DNA of 64,000 nt, taken from the NCBI GenBank assembly GCA_035650735.1, contig DASRGZ010000224.1:1-64000 (forward strand), read 5' to 3'. Each line of letters opens with the position of its first letter. Position 1 is the first letter of the stretch. The stretch comes from Chthonomonadaceae bacterium. Its GTDB lineage: Bacteria > Armatimonadota > Chthonomonadetes > Chthonomonadales > Chthonomonadaceae. Of the stretch, positions 51,214 to 61,757 are shown piece by piece. The translations under genes were made by a program, and so were the position numbers. The notes under the pieces are model-generated. The model saw nothing but the letters and a program-made list of their open reading frames with translations. It did not search any database and was not told the origin of the DNA.

Positions 51214-53112
51214 ATGAGGTCCGCGCGTGAGGCGGCGACCACTGACGGGCCGCCGCAAGCGCAACCGAATAACGGCGTTCCGCTGCTGGAGATGGTCGGC
51301 ATCGTCAAGCGCTACGGCCCCACTCTGGCCCTCAACGGCGTGGATTTGGCCGTGCGTGCCGGAGAGATACACGCCCTGCTGGGCGAAAACGGCGCGGGCA
51401 AGTCCACGCTAATGCACGTCCTCTCCGGCCTGACGCACGCCGACGCGGGCGAAATCCGCCTGTGGGGGCATCCTGTGCGCATCCCTTCGCCGCGCGCGGC
51501 CCGCGCGCTCGGGATCGCGATGGTGCATCAGCATTTCACGCTGGCGCCCGCCTTCACCGTCGCTGAGAACCTGGCGCTCGATTCGGCGCGCGGCCCCGGC
51601 AGCGGCCTGCCCCTCGGCACGTTTGCGGCACGGGAGGCGGCGGCTCCGGCGCTGGAGCGCGCCGCCGCGCTCGGCTGGCAGCTTGATCCCGATGCTCGCA
51701 TCGCTGACCTCTCGGTGGGCACGCAGCAGCGCGTCGAGATCGTCAAAGCGCTGGCTACGCAGGCGCGGCTGCTGATCTTCGACGAGCCGACGGCGGTGCT
51801 CTCCGGCGACGAGGTCGAGGAACTGTTTCAGGTGCTGCGCCGCCTGCGGGAGGAGGGCCACGCGGTCATCCTCATCGCCCATAAGCTGGCGGAAATCCTG
51901 GCGGTAGCCGATACCGTGACCGTCCTGCGGCGCGGCAACCGTGTGGCCTCCTGCCCGGTCGCAGAGACGGACGCCCGTCAACTGGCCACCTGGATGATCG
52001 GCGTCTCGCCGGATAGCCCTCACCCCCTGTCCCCCTCTTCCGGTGGACCTCACCCCCCAGCCCCCTTCCCTACTCGCTCGTCCCTCGCTAGGGAAGGGAG
52101 GGACCCGACCTGGGATGATTGTGGCCCTCACCCCCGGCCCCTCTCCCGCAGCGTGGGAGAGGGGAGAGACCTCACCCCCGCCCCCTCTCCATCGCAAGGA
52201 GAGGGGAGAAGACAAGCCGGGTCACCCCCTTCCCTTATAGGGAGGGGGGCCGGGGGGTTAGGTGCAACACCAGGGAAGGGGGCCGGGGGGTTAGGTCAAA
52301 CACAAGCGAAGGAGGCTGAAGAGCCAGGCGCCGCAGCAGCCTTCGCCGCTAGAGACATCCTCGTTCGTGGTGACCGGGGCGAGGTGGCCATACGGGGCCT
52401 CTCGCTGGAGGTGGCGCGCGGGGAAATCCTCGGCATCGGCGGCGTAGACGGCAACGGACAGACGGAGCTGGCGGAGGCGCTGATCGGGCTGCGGCCCATC
52501 GAGGCGGGCACGCTTTCCTGGGAAGGCGGGCCATTTCGCGCCGGCGTCTCGCCGACCACAGGCTATATCCCTCAAGACCGCCGCCGCGTTGGGCTGGCCG
52601 TCGGCATGACCGTCGAGGACAATCTGCTCTTTGAGGCAGTGCGCGCCCCGCAGTTCCGGCGCGGCCCGTTCCTGCGGCGCAAAGCCCTCCAGCGACTGGC
52701 GTCCGACCTGATACGCGCGTTCGACGTTCGCACGCCGAGCCGAACGCTGCCGGTCTCGGCGCTCTCCGGCGGCAACCAGCAGAAGGTGGTCGTCGCCCGC
52801 GCCCTCCACGCCAACCCCCATTGGATTGTCGCGGTCAACCCGACGCGCGGCCTCGACATCGGCGCAACACGCTTTGTGCATGAGCAGCTACGGCAGGCGC
52901 GGGCGCGCGGTGCCGCCATCGTCCTCATCTCCACCGACCTGGACGAGATCGCGGCCCTGGCCGACCGCGCGGCGATCCTCTCGGGCGGGCGGCTGCATCC
53001 GTACCAGGTGAGCGAGGTAGACCAGACACAGCTTGGCTTGCTGCTCGGCGGCCTGGGCGCGGAGCAGGCTGCGCCTCCCGATAAGCCTAGCGCCGCCGGA
53101 GAGACGGCATGA
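51214..53112 (+). CDS. Nucleoside ABC transporter tandem ATPase with in-frame repeat insertion
   Basis: GENGAGKS, DEPT, GGVDGNGQ, LSGGNQQK and NPTRGLD motifs. Confidence 0.9.
   Translation: MRSAREAATTDGPPQAQPNNGVPLLEMVGIVKRYGPTLALNGVDLAVRAGEIHALLGENGAGKSTLMHVLSGLTHADAGEIRLWGHPVRIPSPRAARALGIAMVHQHFTLAPAFTVAENLALDSARGPGSGLPLGTFAAREAAAPALERAAALGWQLDPDARIADLSVGTQQRVEIVKALATQARLLIFDEPTAVLSGDEVEELFQVLRRLREEGHAVILIAHKLAEILAVADTVTVLRRGNRVASCPVAETDARQLATWMIGVSPDSPHPLSPSSGGPHPPAPFPTRSSLAREGRDPTWDDCGPHPRPLSRSVGEGRDLTPAPSPSQGEGRRQAGSPPSLIGRGAGGLGATPGKGAGGLGQTQAKEAEEPGAAAAFAARDILVRGDRGEVAIRGLSLEVARGEILGIGGVDGNGQTELAEALIGLRPIEAGTLSWEGGPFRAGVSPTTGYIPQDRRRVGLAVGMTVEDNLLFEAVRAPQFRRGPFLRRKALQRLASDLIRAFDVRTPSRTLPVSALSGGNQQKVVVARALHANPHWIVAVNPTRGLDIGATRFVHEQLRQARARGAAIVLISTDLDEIAALADRAAILSGGRLHPYQVSEVDQTQLGLLLGGLGAEQAAPPDKPSAAGETA
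52016..52296. repeat. REP-like family A cluster within coding sequence
   Basis: Several cctcacccc...ccctctcc...ggagagggg units matching intergenic copies. Confidence 0.85.
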
Positions 53113-54266
53113 GCGTGCGCTCGGAGACGCCCGGCGTGCCGGAGATTCCTGCGCCGCTTGCGGGACAGCCGCCTGGGGAGACCACGCCGCCGGCCTGGCC
53201 CCTCCGCGCCCTGCGGGCGCTTGCGCAGGGACTCGGCTACGCCGCAGGCCTCCTGGCCCTCATGTCGCTGACCTTCCTGGCGCTACGGATCAACCCTATC
53301 ACGGCGCTCATGGCGCTCTGGGAGGGCGCGTTCGGCAATGCGTCCAGCGGCCACCTGTATCCCCTCTCGGAGACGCTGGTAAAAACCTCGCCGCTGCTGC
53401 TGACCGGGCTTGGCATCGTGGTTGCCTGGCGTGCCGGGCTGTTTAGCATCGGCGCCGAGGGCCAACTGCTGATGGGCGCGCTCTCCGCCGCGGCCCTCGC
53501 GCGCTTTGCGTCCAGCTTGCCCGGCCCCCTCCTGACTCTGCTCATGATCCTGGCTGCGATGGCGGCAGGCGCGCTCTGGGGGGCCATTGCCGGCTGGCTG
53601 CGCGTGCGCCGTAACGTCCAGGAAGTCATCAGCACGATCATGCTCAACTATATCGCCCTGGCGCTGGTGGGCTGGATGGTGCGCGGCCCATTGCAGGAAC
53701 GGGCACGAATAAGCCCGCAGTCGGAGCCGGTGCCGGACGCCGCGCTCTTTGCCCGCATCATCCCCCCGGCGTGGTCGGGCGGCATTCCGACGCGGCTGCA
53801 TAGCGGCGTGCTGCTGGCCTTCCTGGCCGCCATCGTCGTCTATCTCTACCTCTACTACACGGCGGCGGGCTTTGGTCTGCGCGTCGTGGGCCAGAACCCG
53901 GAGGCGGCGCGTGCGGCGCGCTTTCCGGTCCCTAAATTACGGATGCAGGCGATGGCGATCTCCGGGGCTCTGTGTGGGCTGGCCGGCGGCGTGGAGCTGC
54001 TGGGCATTGCCATCCGCCTCTACGATAATTTTTCGCCCGGCTGGGGCTATACGGCCATCCCGGTCGCGCTGCTTGGGGGACTGCATCCCCTGGGAACCGT
54101 CCTCTCGGCCCTCTTCTTCGGGGCGCTGACCGCCGGCAGCGGCAACCTGGAACGCTTCTCCGGCGTGCCCTCCGTCGTGATCAACATCATCCAGGCGGCG
54201 GCGGTGCTGGCGGTCGTGGGGGTGCGGGCGTGGCGGGCGCGGCGTGCCGGCAGCGCCGAGGACTAA
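53109..54266 (+). CDS. Nucleoside ABC permease 1
   Basis: FSIGAEGQ, EVISTIMLNYI and GQNPEAA motifs. Confidence 0.9.
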   Translation: MSVRSETPGVPEIPAPLAGQPPGETTPPAWPLRALRALAQGLGYAAGLLALMSLTFLALRINPITALMALWEGAFGNASSGHLYPLSETLVKTSPLLLTGLGIVVAWRAGLFSIGAEGQLLMGALSAAALARFASSLPGPLLTLLMILAAMAAGALWGAIAGWLRVRRNVQEVISTIMLNYIALALVGWMVRGPLQERARISPQSEPVPDAALFARIIPPAWSGGIPTRLHSGVLLAFLAAIVVYLYLYYTAAGFGLRVVGQNPEAARAARFPVPKLRMQAMAISGALCGLAGGVELLGIAIRLYDNFSPGWGYTAIPVALLGGLHPLGTVLSALFFGALTAGSGNLERFSGVPSVVINIIQAAAVLAVVGVRAWRARRAGSAED

Positions 54267-54325
54267 AACCATTGAAAGCCCCGCGGAGCGGGTGGTTCCC
54301 AATTTCGTTTTTGAGGTAGTAGGCG

Positions 54326-55201
54326 ATGAGTGTGGTGGAAGGAACGCTGACGGGGACTCTGACGATGGCGACGCCGCTGCTGCTTGGGGCGCTGGGCGAA
54401 AACATCGTGGAGCGGGCCGGCGTGGTCAACGTCGGGTTGGAGGGCATGATGCTTTTGGGCGCGTTCGCGGCGACGATGGGCGCGCGCCAGAGCGGCAATC
54501 CCTATCTGGGCGTGGCGGTGGCCGCCGGGATCGGCGTTCTGACTGCGCTGCTCTTTGCGGCGTTTGCCATTAAGCTGACGGCCAATCAGGTGGTCATCGG
54601 CGTGGTGATGAACCTGCTGGCGCTGGGCGTGACGGGCACGGCCTATCGCGCGCTCTTCGGCACAACCGGCTCGTTCGTCGAGACCGCCGCCCTGCCCCGC
54701 CTCCTCTGGGATCAAACCCTGCTGACGCCGCTGGCCCTGCTGGCCGTCCCGGCGGTCTGGTGGGGCCTGTTTCGCACCCGGCTGGGCCTGGAGCTGCGCG
54801 CCTGCGGCGAACAGCCCGTCGCTGCGGAGGCAGCCGGCGTCAACGTGGCCCGGCTGCGCACGGCGGCGCTGGCCTTCGGCGGCGCGATGGCCGGGATCGC
54901 GGGCGCCTTCCTCTCGGTTGGAGAGACGAACACCTTCAAGGAAGATATGACGGCGGGACGCGGCTTCATTGCGCTGGCTATCGTCACCGCCGGGCGCTGG
55001 AACCCCTATGGCTGCCTGGCGGCGGCGTTGATCTTCGGCTTTGCCGATGCGCTCCAGATTCGCTGGCAGGCGCTGGGCTGGAACCTGCCCTACCAGCTCT
55101 TTCTCGCGCTGCCCTACATCGTCACCCTCGCCATTCTTGCGCTAGGCGGCAGGGCCAGCCAGGCGCCTGCCGCTCTGGGCCAGCCCTATCGCCGCGCTTA
55201 G
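54326..55201 (+). CDS. Nucleoside ABC permease 2
   Basis: ERAGVVNVGLEG, GRGFIALA and PAALGQPY motifs. Confidence 0.9.
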   Translation: MSVVEGTLTGTLTMATPLLLGALGENIVERAGVVNVGLEGMMLLGAFAATMGARQSGNPYLGVAVAAGIGVLTALLFAAFAIKLTANQVVIGVVMNLLALGVTGTAYRALFGTTGSFVETAALPRLLWDQTLLTPLALLAVPAVWWGLFRTRLGLELRACGEQPVAAEAAGVNVARLRTAALAFGGAMAGIAGAFLSVGETNTFKEDMTAGRGFIALAIVTAGRWNPYGCLAAALIFGFADALQIRWQALGWNLPYQLFLALPYIVTLAILALGGRASQAPAALGQPYRRA

Positions 55202-55340
55202 ACAAATTTTGCCCCTGAAAGGGAACTTGCAGCCGCGAATGACGATACAAAAGAAGGGAGATTTCCGACAGAGCGAGGGCCGGGCGCAGATGGCGGGGCA
55301 CGGGCTCTCTCTTTAAGCTAGGCAGACAGGACGCACGACC

Positions 55341-56201
55341 ATGTTGCAAATGACTCGCCGGGTGACATTCTCGGCGGCGCATGCCGATTGGCTGTTCTCG
55401 CGTACGGCGGCAGAGAACCGGGCGCTGTTCGGCCTCAGCGCCAGCCCGGAGCCGCACGGCCATAATTATACGCTGGATGTGATCGTCGCGGGCGAGGTCG
55501 ATCCGAAAACGGGCATCATCGTCAACATTAAGGAGATTGATCGCATCGTTAAGGAGCAAGTTGTTCAACTTTTGGACAAGAAGTTTATCAATCGGCAGAT
55601 TCCCGCCTTCTATGAGCGGCCGCCGACCGTCGAGAATCTGGCCGCCTTCATCGCCGACGCGCTTGCGCCCTACCTGCCGCCGATGGCGAAGCTTGTCCGG
55701 CTGCGGCTGGAGGAGACTCCACTGCATTGGGCGGAATGGCACGCGCAGCCGGAAAGCGGCCCCCATAAGGAACCAGGAACGATGCTCTTGACGCGCACCT
55801 ATGAGTTTGCCGCCTCGCACCGCCTGCACAGCCCGCATCTTTCCGAGAAGGAGAACCAAGAACTCTTCGGCAAGTGCAACTATCCGCACGGGCACGGGCA
55901 TAACTATATTCTGGAGGTGACCGTAGGCGGCCCGACAGATACGCGCACCGGGCGCGTGATAGACCCGGACGCGCTGGATGCTATCGTCCATCGCGAGGTC
56001 GTTGACCGCTATGACCACCGGCATTTCAACTATGACATCCCGGAATTTGAGGGCTTGATCCCTTCCTCAGAAATTGTCACCAAAGTGATCTGGCAGAGGT
56101 TGCGCGACCACATTCCAGCCCCCGCCCGCCTGTACCGTGTGGTCCTGCGCGAAACGGCCCGCAACTTTTTCGAGTACCAGGGGGAGGATGGGAATAGTTA
56201 A
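55341..56201 (+). CDS. Tandem-domain PTPS/QueD-family protein
   Basis: Two T-fold domains: FSAAH..HGHNY..PTVENLA and [18 protein letters not shown]. Confidence 0.88.
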   Translation: MLQMTRRVTFSAAHADWLFSRTAAENRALFGLSASPEPHGHNYTLDVIVAGEVDPKTGIIVNIKEIDRIVKEQVVQLLDKKFINRQIPAFYERPPTVENLAAFIADALAPYLPPMAKLVRLRLEETPLHWAEWHAQPESGPHKEPGTMLLTRTYEFAASHRLHSPHLSEKENQELFGKCNYPHGHGHNYILEVTVGGPTDTRTGRVIDPDALDAIVHREVVDRYDHRHFNYDIPEFEGLIPSSEIVTKVIWQRLRDHIPAPARLYRVVLRETARNFFEYQGEDGNS

Positions 56202-56767
56202 TGAAAAACCGATTGGAAGAAATATATTACGGATTGCTCGAAGAGGTCGGGGAGAACCCAGAACGCGAAGGACTGGTGAAGACGCCCCATCGCGCCGCCG
56301 AGGCCATGCGTTTCCTCACGGGCGGCTATAAACAAAGCCTGGAAAAGATCGTCAACGGCGCTATCTTTCACGAGGACTCCGATAATATGGTGATCGTGCG
56401 GGATATCGAATTCTTTTCCCTCTGTGAGCACCATCTGATCCCATTCTTCGGTCGCGCCAACATCGCCTATATTCCCGATGGCAAGATCATCGGCCTGTCC
56501 AAGCTGGCGCGCATCACGGATATGTACGCGCGCCGCCTTCAGGTGCAGGAGCGCCTGACCGTCCAGATCGCCGAGGCAATACAGCAGGTTCTGGAGCCGA
56601 AGGGGGTTGCGGTCGTCCTGCAAGCCAAGCACCTGTGCATGATGGCCCGCGGCGTGGAGAAGCAGAGCAGCGACATGGTGACCAGCCACGTCCTCGGCGT
56701 CTTCCGCACGGATAGATCTACCCGCGCCGAGTTCATGAATCTGCTCACCGACCACAAAAGCTACTGA
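56201..56767 (+). CDS. folE: GTP cyclohydrolase I
   Basis: [23 protein letters not shown] and HLCMMARGV motifs. Confidence 0.97.
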   Translation: MKNRLEEIYYGLLEEVGENPEREGLVKTPHRAAEAMRFLTGGYKQSLEKIVNGAIFHEDSDNMVIVRDIEFFSLCEHHLIPFFGRANIAYIPDGKIIGLSKLARITDMYARRLQVQERLTVQIAEAIQQVLEPKGVAVVLQAKHLCMMARGVEKQSSDMVTSHVLGVFRTDRSTRAEFMNLLTDHKSY

Positions 56768-56782
56768 TAACGCATCAGACCC

Positions 56783-56839
56783 CTTGCCTCAGTTCTCCGG
56801 GACAATCCGGATCCTATCTCCTCGAATCCGCTGAGGCAA
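56783..56839. terminator. Inverted repeat between convergent genes
   Basis: CTTGCCTCAG / CTGAGGCAAG with a long loop. Confidence 0.4.
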
Positions 56840-56844
56840 GAAGT

Positions 56845-58701
56845 CTATTCGACCCTCAAGAGATTCTTAAGCAGCAGAGCAGGCACGGGAGCCGCGCCGT
56901 AGACCACGCTCGTCCAGATCTCAAAGCGGCGCACGGAGAAGGCCGTCTTCCCGGCCGTATTGGCGCCGAGGCGCATCGCCGACTTATCCGGGATGGTGAC
57001 GGTGGGCGCAAGGGGGCGGTCGAGGCCAAAGGGCGTGCCGATGTTAATTCCCCGCGTCAGGGCATCGCCGGAGTTGACGACGCGCAAACGCAGGTTCGTC
57101 ATCTGGCCCTCGATGCGCAGGCGCTGCCCGCAGAGCCGCTGCCCCAACTCCGCCTCAATGCCCTCCTCACCGATCACTCCTGGCGCCCATAGCCACGCTG
57201 CCGTCTGGTCGCTGCGCTTGACGCGGGCATCTACCCGACGCCGCTCCGCCTCCGATAAGTAGAGGGAATTCAAGAAAACATAGACTTTATAATCCTGGAA
57301 GCGTGCATGGAACAGGTCGGCGAGCAGATAAAGATCGAAAGGAGCGCCGACTCGAATTAGCTCTCGCATCTGCCCGTTGAGGAGGGCTTCGTTCAGCCAG
57401 CCAGTGGACGAGGAAGCCGGCGCAGCGTAGAGGATGCTCGCGGGGTCCACGATCACCGCTACCTGTGCGGCCCGTCGGGATCTGCCGCCATTGGTGGGAT
57501 GCAGCGCGCTTCTGGCCGCGCCCAGAAGCTCTGTTAGCGTTTCGGGAGGCGTTGCCGCCGACAGAATCAGGCCGGCGTGGTGTGCCTCTGCCAGCGCCAG
57601 GGCCTCTTGAGGGGACTGATTCCCGCGCGGAATATGGAACAGGAACTTTTCGCGCAGAGCCAGGCTGCCCGTTGGCGCGCAGAGATAACGGCTGCCGTCG
57701 GCGGGTCCGGCGTTGGCCAGGAAATCTACCTCCGCAGAATCGAGGACACGCTCGGGAAACCAGTGGCCGCCCTCCTGGAGCACGGGCCGGCCAAAGATCG
57801 GCGCGTAAGAGAGGCCGACGAGCATCCTGCCCGCGGAAGCGCGCTTGATGATGGAGCAGAAGTGCAGCGCCGCTGCGTTCTGGGCCTCATAGAAGCACTC
57901 GTAATAGTCCAGCAGACGGCGGGAGCGCGCGGGATTGCGCAGCGCCCCGAAGTCGGTGGCGCGGCGGGCGTCGGCGTCGGGACAGGCGATCTCGCTAAAC
58001 TCGGCCTTCGGGTCAGCCCAGGCCCGGCGCAGCAGCCCCGTATTGCGGCGATACTTGTCCAGCGCGAAGGCGCGGAAGCGCTCCGTCATGCGCGGGCCGA
58101 TGTCCGGCAGGCGGTCCGCTTCCGGGTATCGCCACTCGCCGTCGGGGCCGGAGCCAATCTGGCAGCCCAGACAGTGCGCCTCCCATTCCGCCCGGCGCGC
58201 GTGCGCCACCAGCCGCGCCAGCGCCTCCCCCGCTTCGTTCAGCCAGCGGCGTGAGGCCCAGGACTGCATCGGCGGCGCGGTCTGCCCTGTTTGGGCCGGG
58301 AGGCAGTAGGCGACGCACTCGCCGGGATGGGCCTGGCGCCACGCTTCGGGCGCATCCACGGACACGAACAGGAGAAAGCGCGCCTCCGGGTCGGCGGCAA
58401 GCAGCGCTCCGATCCGCGCATCCAGAGCCGTGAAGTCCGATTGTTCATTGCCCGTCCAGCCGAGAGCCGTATCTACCAGTCGGTAGAGATGTACATTCGC
58501 TGCTGCGCAGGCCTGGATCTGTTCGGCGGAGGTGTCCGGCGCGACGTCTATCAGCAGCGCGGGCCGCGGCCTGCCCTCCACAAAGAGCGCCAATGCGCCG
58601 TGATGCAGCTTAAACTCGGCTGTGCGCGCCGGAGCCGTCGGCCTGCGCGGGCTCTGTTCTTCAGGACGCGCGGAGCGTGAAGGTCGCCTGGATGGGGCCA
58701 T
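56845..58701 (-). CDS. GH42-like glycoside hydrolase homologue
   Basis: SWASRRW, GPDGEW, KYRRNTGLLRRAW and IGAPFD-like motifs. Confidence 0.6.
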   Translation of the reverse strand: MAPSRRPSRSARPEEQSPRRPTAPARTAEFKLHHGALALFVEGRPRPALLIDVAPDTSAEQIQACAAANVHLYRLVDTALGWTGNEQSDFTALDARIGALLAADPEARFLLFVSVDAPEAWRQAHPGECVAYCLPAQTGQTAPPMQSWASRRWLNEAGEALARLVAHARRAEWEAHCLGCQIGSGPDGEWRYPEADRLPDIGPRMTERFRAFALDKYRRNTGLLRRAWADPKAEFSEIACPDADARRATDFGALRNPARSRRLLDYYECFYEAQNAAALHFCSIIKRASAGRMLVGLSYAPIFGRPVLQEGGHWFPERVLDSAEVDFLANAGPADGSRYLCAPTGSLALREKFLFHIPRGNQSPQEALALAEAHHAGLILSAATPPETLTELLGAARSALHPTNGGRSRRAAQVAVIVDPASILYAAPASSSTGWLNEALLNGQMRELIRVGAPFDLYLLADLFHARFQDYKVYVFLNSLYLSEAERRRVDARVKRSDQTAAWLWAPGVIGEEGIEAELGQRLCGQRLRIEGQMTNLRLRVVNSGDALTRGINIGTPFGLDRPLAPTVTIPDKSAMRLGANTAGKTAFSVRRFEIWTSVVYGAAPVPALLLKNLLRVE

Positions 58702-58880
58702 ACCGTCGTTCGTTTCCTCGTGTGGATTTGGGAGCTTTGCCGGGCACGGAACGTATCTAGTGAGAAACCACAAAGCCTTCGTTCAGACGCATGCGGCGCG
58801 TTCCGGGTTCCGGCGTCTCCTCGGATACAGCCGTTCTTCCGGCGCTTTCAATAGTACCTACGAGCAAAAGGAGGCAGATC

Positions 58881-59648
58881 ATGCGATTGGCAAACAAAGT
58901 GGCCCTGGTGACGGGCGCGAGCAGCGGCATTGGCAAGGCGATTGCAGAGCGCTTCGCCGCCGAAGGCGCCCACGTCGCCGTCAACTACCTGCCCGGCGGC
59001 ACGCGCGGCGAAGAGGCGGAGGCTCTCGTTGCCGGCTTTACCACCAAAGGCATCGCCGTCGGCGGCGACGTGAGCAAGCGCGAAGATGTAGAGCGGATGG
59101 TTGCCGAGACCGTCAATGCCCTGGGTCGGCTGGACATTGCCGTCAATAATGCGGGCATTGAGATCAAGAGGCCGTTCCTGGAGGTCACCGACGAGGAGTG
59201 GAATAAGGTTATCGCCGTCAACCTTTACGGCACCTTCCTCGTCAGCCAGGCGGCGGCGCGGCAGATGGTTAAGCAGGGCCAGAGCGGCAAGCTCATCAAT
59301 ATCTCCTCCGTCCATGAGGACATTCCCTTCCCCCAGTATACGGCTTACTGCGCCTCCAAGGGCGGCATTCGCATGATGACCCGCAACCTGGCCGTCGAGC
59401 TAGCTCCCAATAAGATCAATGTCAACAATATTGCCCCGGGAGCCATCGCCACGCCCATCAACCAGGCCGTCTTGAACGACCCACAGGCCTATCAGAACGC
59501 GCTGAGCGAGATTCCCTGGGGGCGCTTCGGCAAGCCGGAAGAGGTCGCCGCCGTCGCCGTTTTCCTGGCCAGCGACGAGTCGGACTACGTTACCGGCAGT
59601 ACCTACTATATTGACGGTGGTCTAACCCAGCAGGTGACTCTCTACTGA
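58881..59648 (+). CDS. SDR oxidoreductase, glucose 1-dehydrogenase-like
   Basis: TGASSGIG, NNAG, SSVHE, YCASK and PGAIATPIN motifs. Confidence 0.9.
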   Translation: MRLANKVALVTGASSGIGKAIAERFAAEGAHVAVNYLPGGTRGEEAEALVAGFTTKGIAVGGDVSKREDVERMVAETVNALGRLDIAVNNAGIEIKRPFLEVTDEEWNKVIAVNLYGTFLVSQAAARQMVKQGQSGKLINISSVHEDIPFPQYTAYCASKGGIRMMTRNLAVELAPNKINVNNIAPGAIATPINQAVLNDPQAYQNALSEIPWGRFGKPEEVAAVAVFLASDESDYVTGSTYYIDGGLTQQVTLY

Positions 59649-59709
59649 GCTTCCAGGAATACGCGCTGCGGCCCAGGACTTTAGCGCTAACGCATCGAAA
59701 AACGAAAAA

Positions 59710-59791
59710 GATAAGGAGGAAGGATGAAGCGAGCGTTGATAGGTGCTTTATTTCATCCTTCCGTCTTCATCCTTGAGCCTTTATCCTTATC
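59710..59791. repeat. Palindromic element built of (A)AGGATGA units
   Basis: GATAAGGA/TCCTTATC and GGAAGGATGAA/TTCATCCTTCC arms. Confidence 0.6.
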
Positions 59792-59803
59792 GGGAGAAGC
59801 GGC

Positions 59804-60244
59804 ATGGCAAAGAAGCATCAGGAGGAAGCATCCTGCGAATTCGACCTAGAGCGTTTTCTGACCGACATCCAATCGCCGGACGAGAGCGTGCGCGCCAAAG
59901 CCGTGCGGCGGGTCTGTCCCTGCCGCATGGGCTGGGAGGTTTTTGAGCAGTACATGCGGGTCGTAACGCAGATGCAGAAAGACCCTAGCCCGCTGGTGCG
60001 GAAGGCAGCGCTGCATGTGTTCGAGGACTCGTATGAGATGCAAAGCAGCGCGATGCCGACGACTCCGCAGCAGTTTAAGAACGATATAGTGGCGACCCGA
60101 CGCCGCCTGCGCGGCCGCGCGGATGGCGAGCAGGAGAACGCGCCGATGGAGTTTAAGGGCAAGGCGGAGAGGCAAGAGCGCCAACGCAGCCGCCAGAATA
60201 AGCGGGCGATGGCCGCCGCCTTCCGTCGGGGAGGGAAGCGCTGA
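59804..60244 (+). CDS. Small HEAT-repeat protein
   Basis: SPDESVRAKAV, CPC and DPSPLVRKAA motifs. Confidence 0.75.
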   Translation: MAKKHQEEASCEFDLERFLTDIQSPDESVRAKAVRRVCPCRMGWEVFEQYMRVVTQMQKDPSPLVRKAALHVFEDSYEMQSSAMPTTPQQFKNDIVATRRRLRGRADGEQENAPMEFKGKAERQERQRSRQNKRAMAAAFRRGGKR

Positions 60245-60262
60245 TTCGAGAGGCCGCGCCGT

Positions 60263-61537
60263 TTAGAAGGGCTGGACGGGGACGCCGTTGTGCCGTACCT
60301 CGAAATGCAGGTGCGGGCCGGTGGACATTCCCGTAGAGCCAACACGGGCGATGACCTGCCCCTGCCGCACCGTCTGATCCGTCGAGACGAGCAACTCCGA
60401 GCAGTGGCCATAGAGGGTGGTAACGCCGCCGCCGTGGTCTATGATGACGCAGTTGCCGTAGCCGCGCGTGTAGCCCGCGAAAATGACGGTGCCGCCGCCC
60501 GCCGCGTGGATAGGCGCGCCGTAGCCCGCCCCGAAATCAATCCCCGTATGCATCCGGCGGTAATGGAGGATGGGGTGATAGCGGTAGCCGAAGCCGGAGG
60601 TAATGGGGCCGCTCGCCGGACGGATGAACCCACCGTGCCATTCCGTCGGCGCTTCGTCGGGCACATAGCGGTGCCGCCCACCCCAGAAGCCCTGCACGCG
60701 CCGCATGACCTCGCGCCGCACGCGCAGCGCTGCGGAGAGCGCGCGGATACGCTCGGTCATCTCCTGCGACTCGGCCTCTAGCTCATCCAGCTCCTCCTGG
60801 GCTTCGGCGCGAGCCTCCCGCACGTTCTGCAACAGTTCGCGCTTGCGCTCGCGATCCGCCTCGTATTGCTGCTTCTCGGCCTCAAATTGCGCGGCCAGCG
60901 CGCGCTGTTCCCGCTCCTGCGCCTCTAATTGCCGCTTGTCCGCCTCGATCTGACGGATATCCTCGCGCACCCCCTGGATCAGTTCGGTATCGCTATGGAC
61001 GATCTGGCGCACATAGTAGCCGCGCGAGAGCAGCTCATACGTTGAGCGCGACGCCAGCAGCACATCGGTGTAGGCGGTCCGCCCGCGCTGATAATTATAG
61101 CGGATGCGCTGTGCAAGCAGCTGCCGCCTCTGGGCCAGCCGCTGCTGCGCCTCTTTCAGGTGGCGCTGGGTCTGTTGGTGCCGGGTATCCAGAAGCTCCA
61201 GGCGGGCGTCGGTGCGGGCCAGGCTGCGCCGTGCCTGCTCCAGCCGGACTACCACGGCCTGCAAATTTTCCTTGAGCACATGCTCCTGTACTTTGGTCTC
61301 ATGGATTTTGGCGCGCACTTGATGGATATGGCTGTGGATGCCGTGTAGCTTCTGCCGCAACTGCGCCTTTTTGGCCAGAGCGGCCCGCCGCGCCCTCCCG
61401 ACGAGCGCATGTCTCGCCGTGTGCCTGGAAGGCTTATGGTGTTTATGGGGTGCGGCAGCGACGTCGCTTAGCAGCAGCACGAGCAACACGCCGCCAAGCG
61501 CCATTCGCTTTCCGATGGTTCGCAGCGTCCAGGGCAT
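60263..61537 (-). CDS. EnvC-like coiled-coil M23 peptidase
   Basis: Coiled coil; HTGID, YGH and STGPHLH motifs; downstream of ftsEX. Confidence 0.9.
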   Translation of the reverse strand: MPWTLRTIGKRMALGGVLLVLLLSDVAAAPHKHHKPSRHTARHALVGRARRAALAKKAQLRQKLHGIHSHIHQVRAKIHETKVQEHVLKENLQAVVVRLEQARRSLARTDARLELLDTRHQQTQRHLKEAQQRLAQRRQLLAQRIRYNYQRGRTAYTDVLLASRSTYELLSRGYYVRQIVHSDTELIQGVREDIRQIEADKRQLEAQEREQRALAAQFEAEKQQYEADRERKRELLQNVREARAEAQEELDELEAESQEMTERIRALSAALRVRREVMRRVQGFWGGRHRYVPDEAPTEWHGGFIRPASGPITSGFGYRYHPILHYRRMHTGIDFGAGYGAPIHAAGGGTVIFAGYTRGYGNCVIIDHGGGVTTLYGHCSELLVSTDQTVRQGQVIARVGSTGMSTGPHLHFEVRHNGVPVQPF

Positions 61538-61572
61538 AAGCGCATGTCCTCATCTTACCTAAGCCCCCGTCC

Positions 61573-61757
61573 CGGCAGGCTAAACCCTGCCGCTGTAGAG
61601 CCTGCGGCCCGCTGCCCACCTACGTGGGCAGAGGTAGTGCTGGCTTATCTTCCCCTTCTCCCTGCAAGGGAGAAGGGCCGGGGAGGAGGGTAGAACCAAG
61701 CTTCTCTTCCCCCCTCTGCTTAAGAAGGAGAGGGGTGGCCGCAGGCCGGGGTGAGGT
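61573..61757. repeat. REP-like family B and family A copies
   Basis: cggcaggctaaaccctgccgctgt, then ccccttctccctgcaagggagaaggg. Confidence 0.75.
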
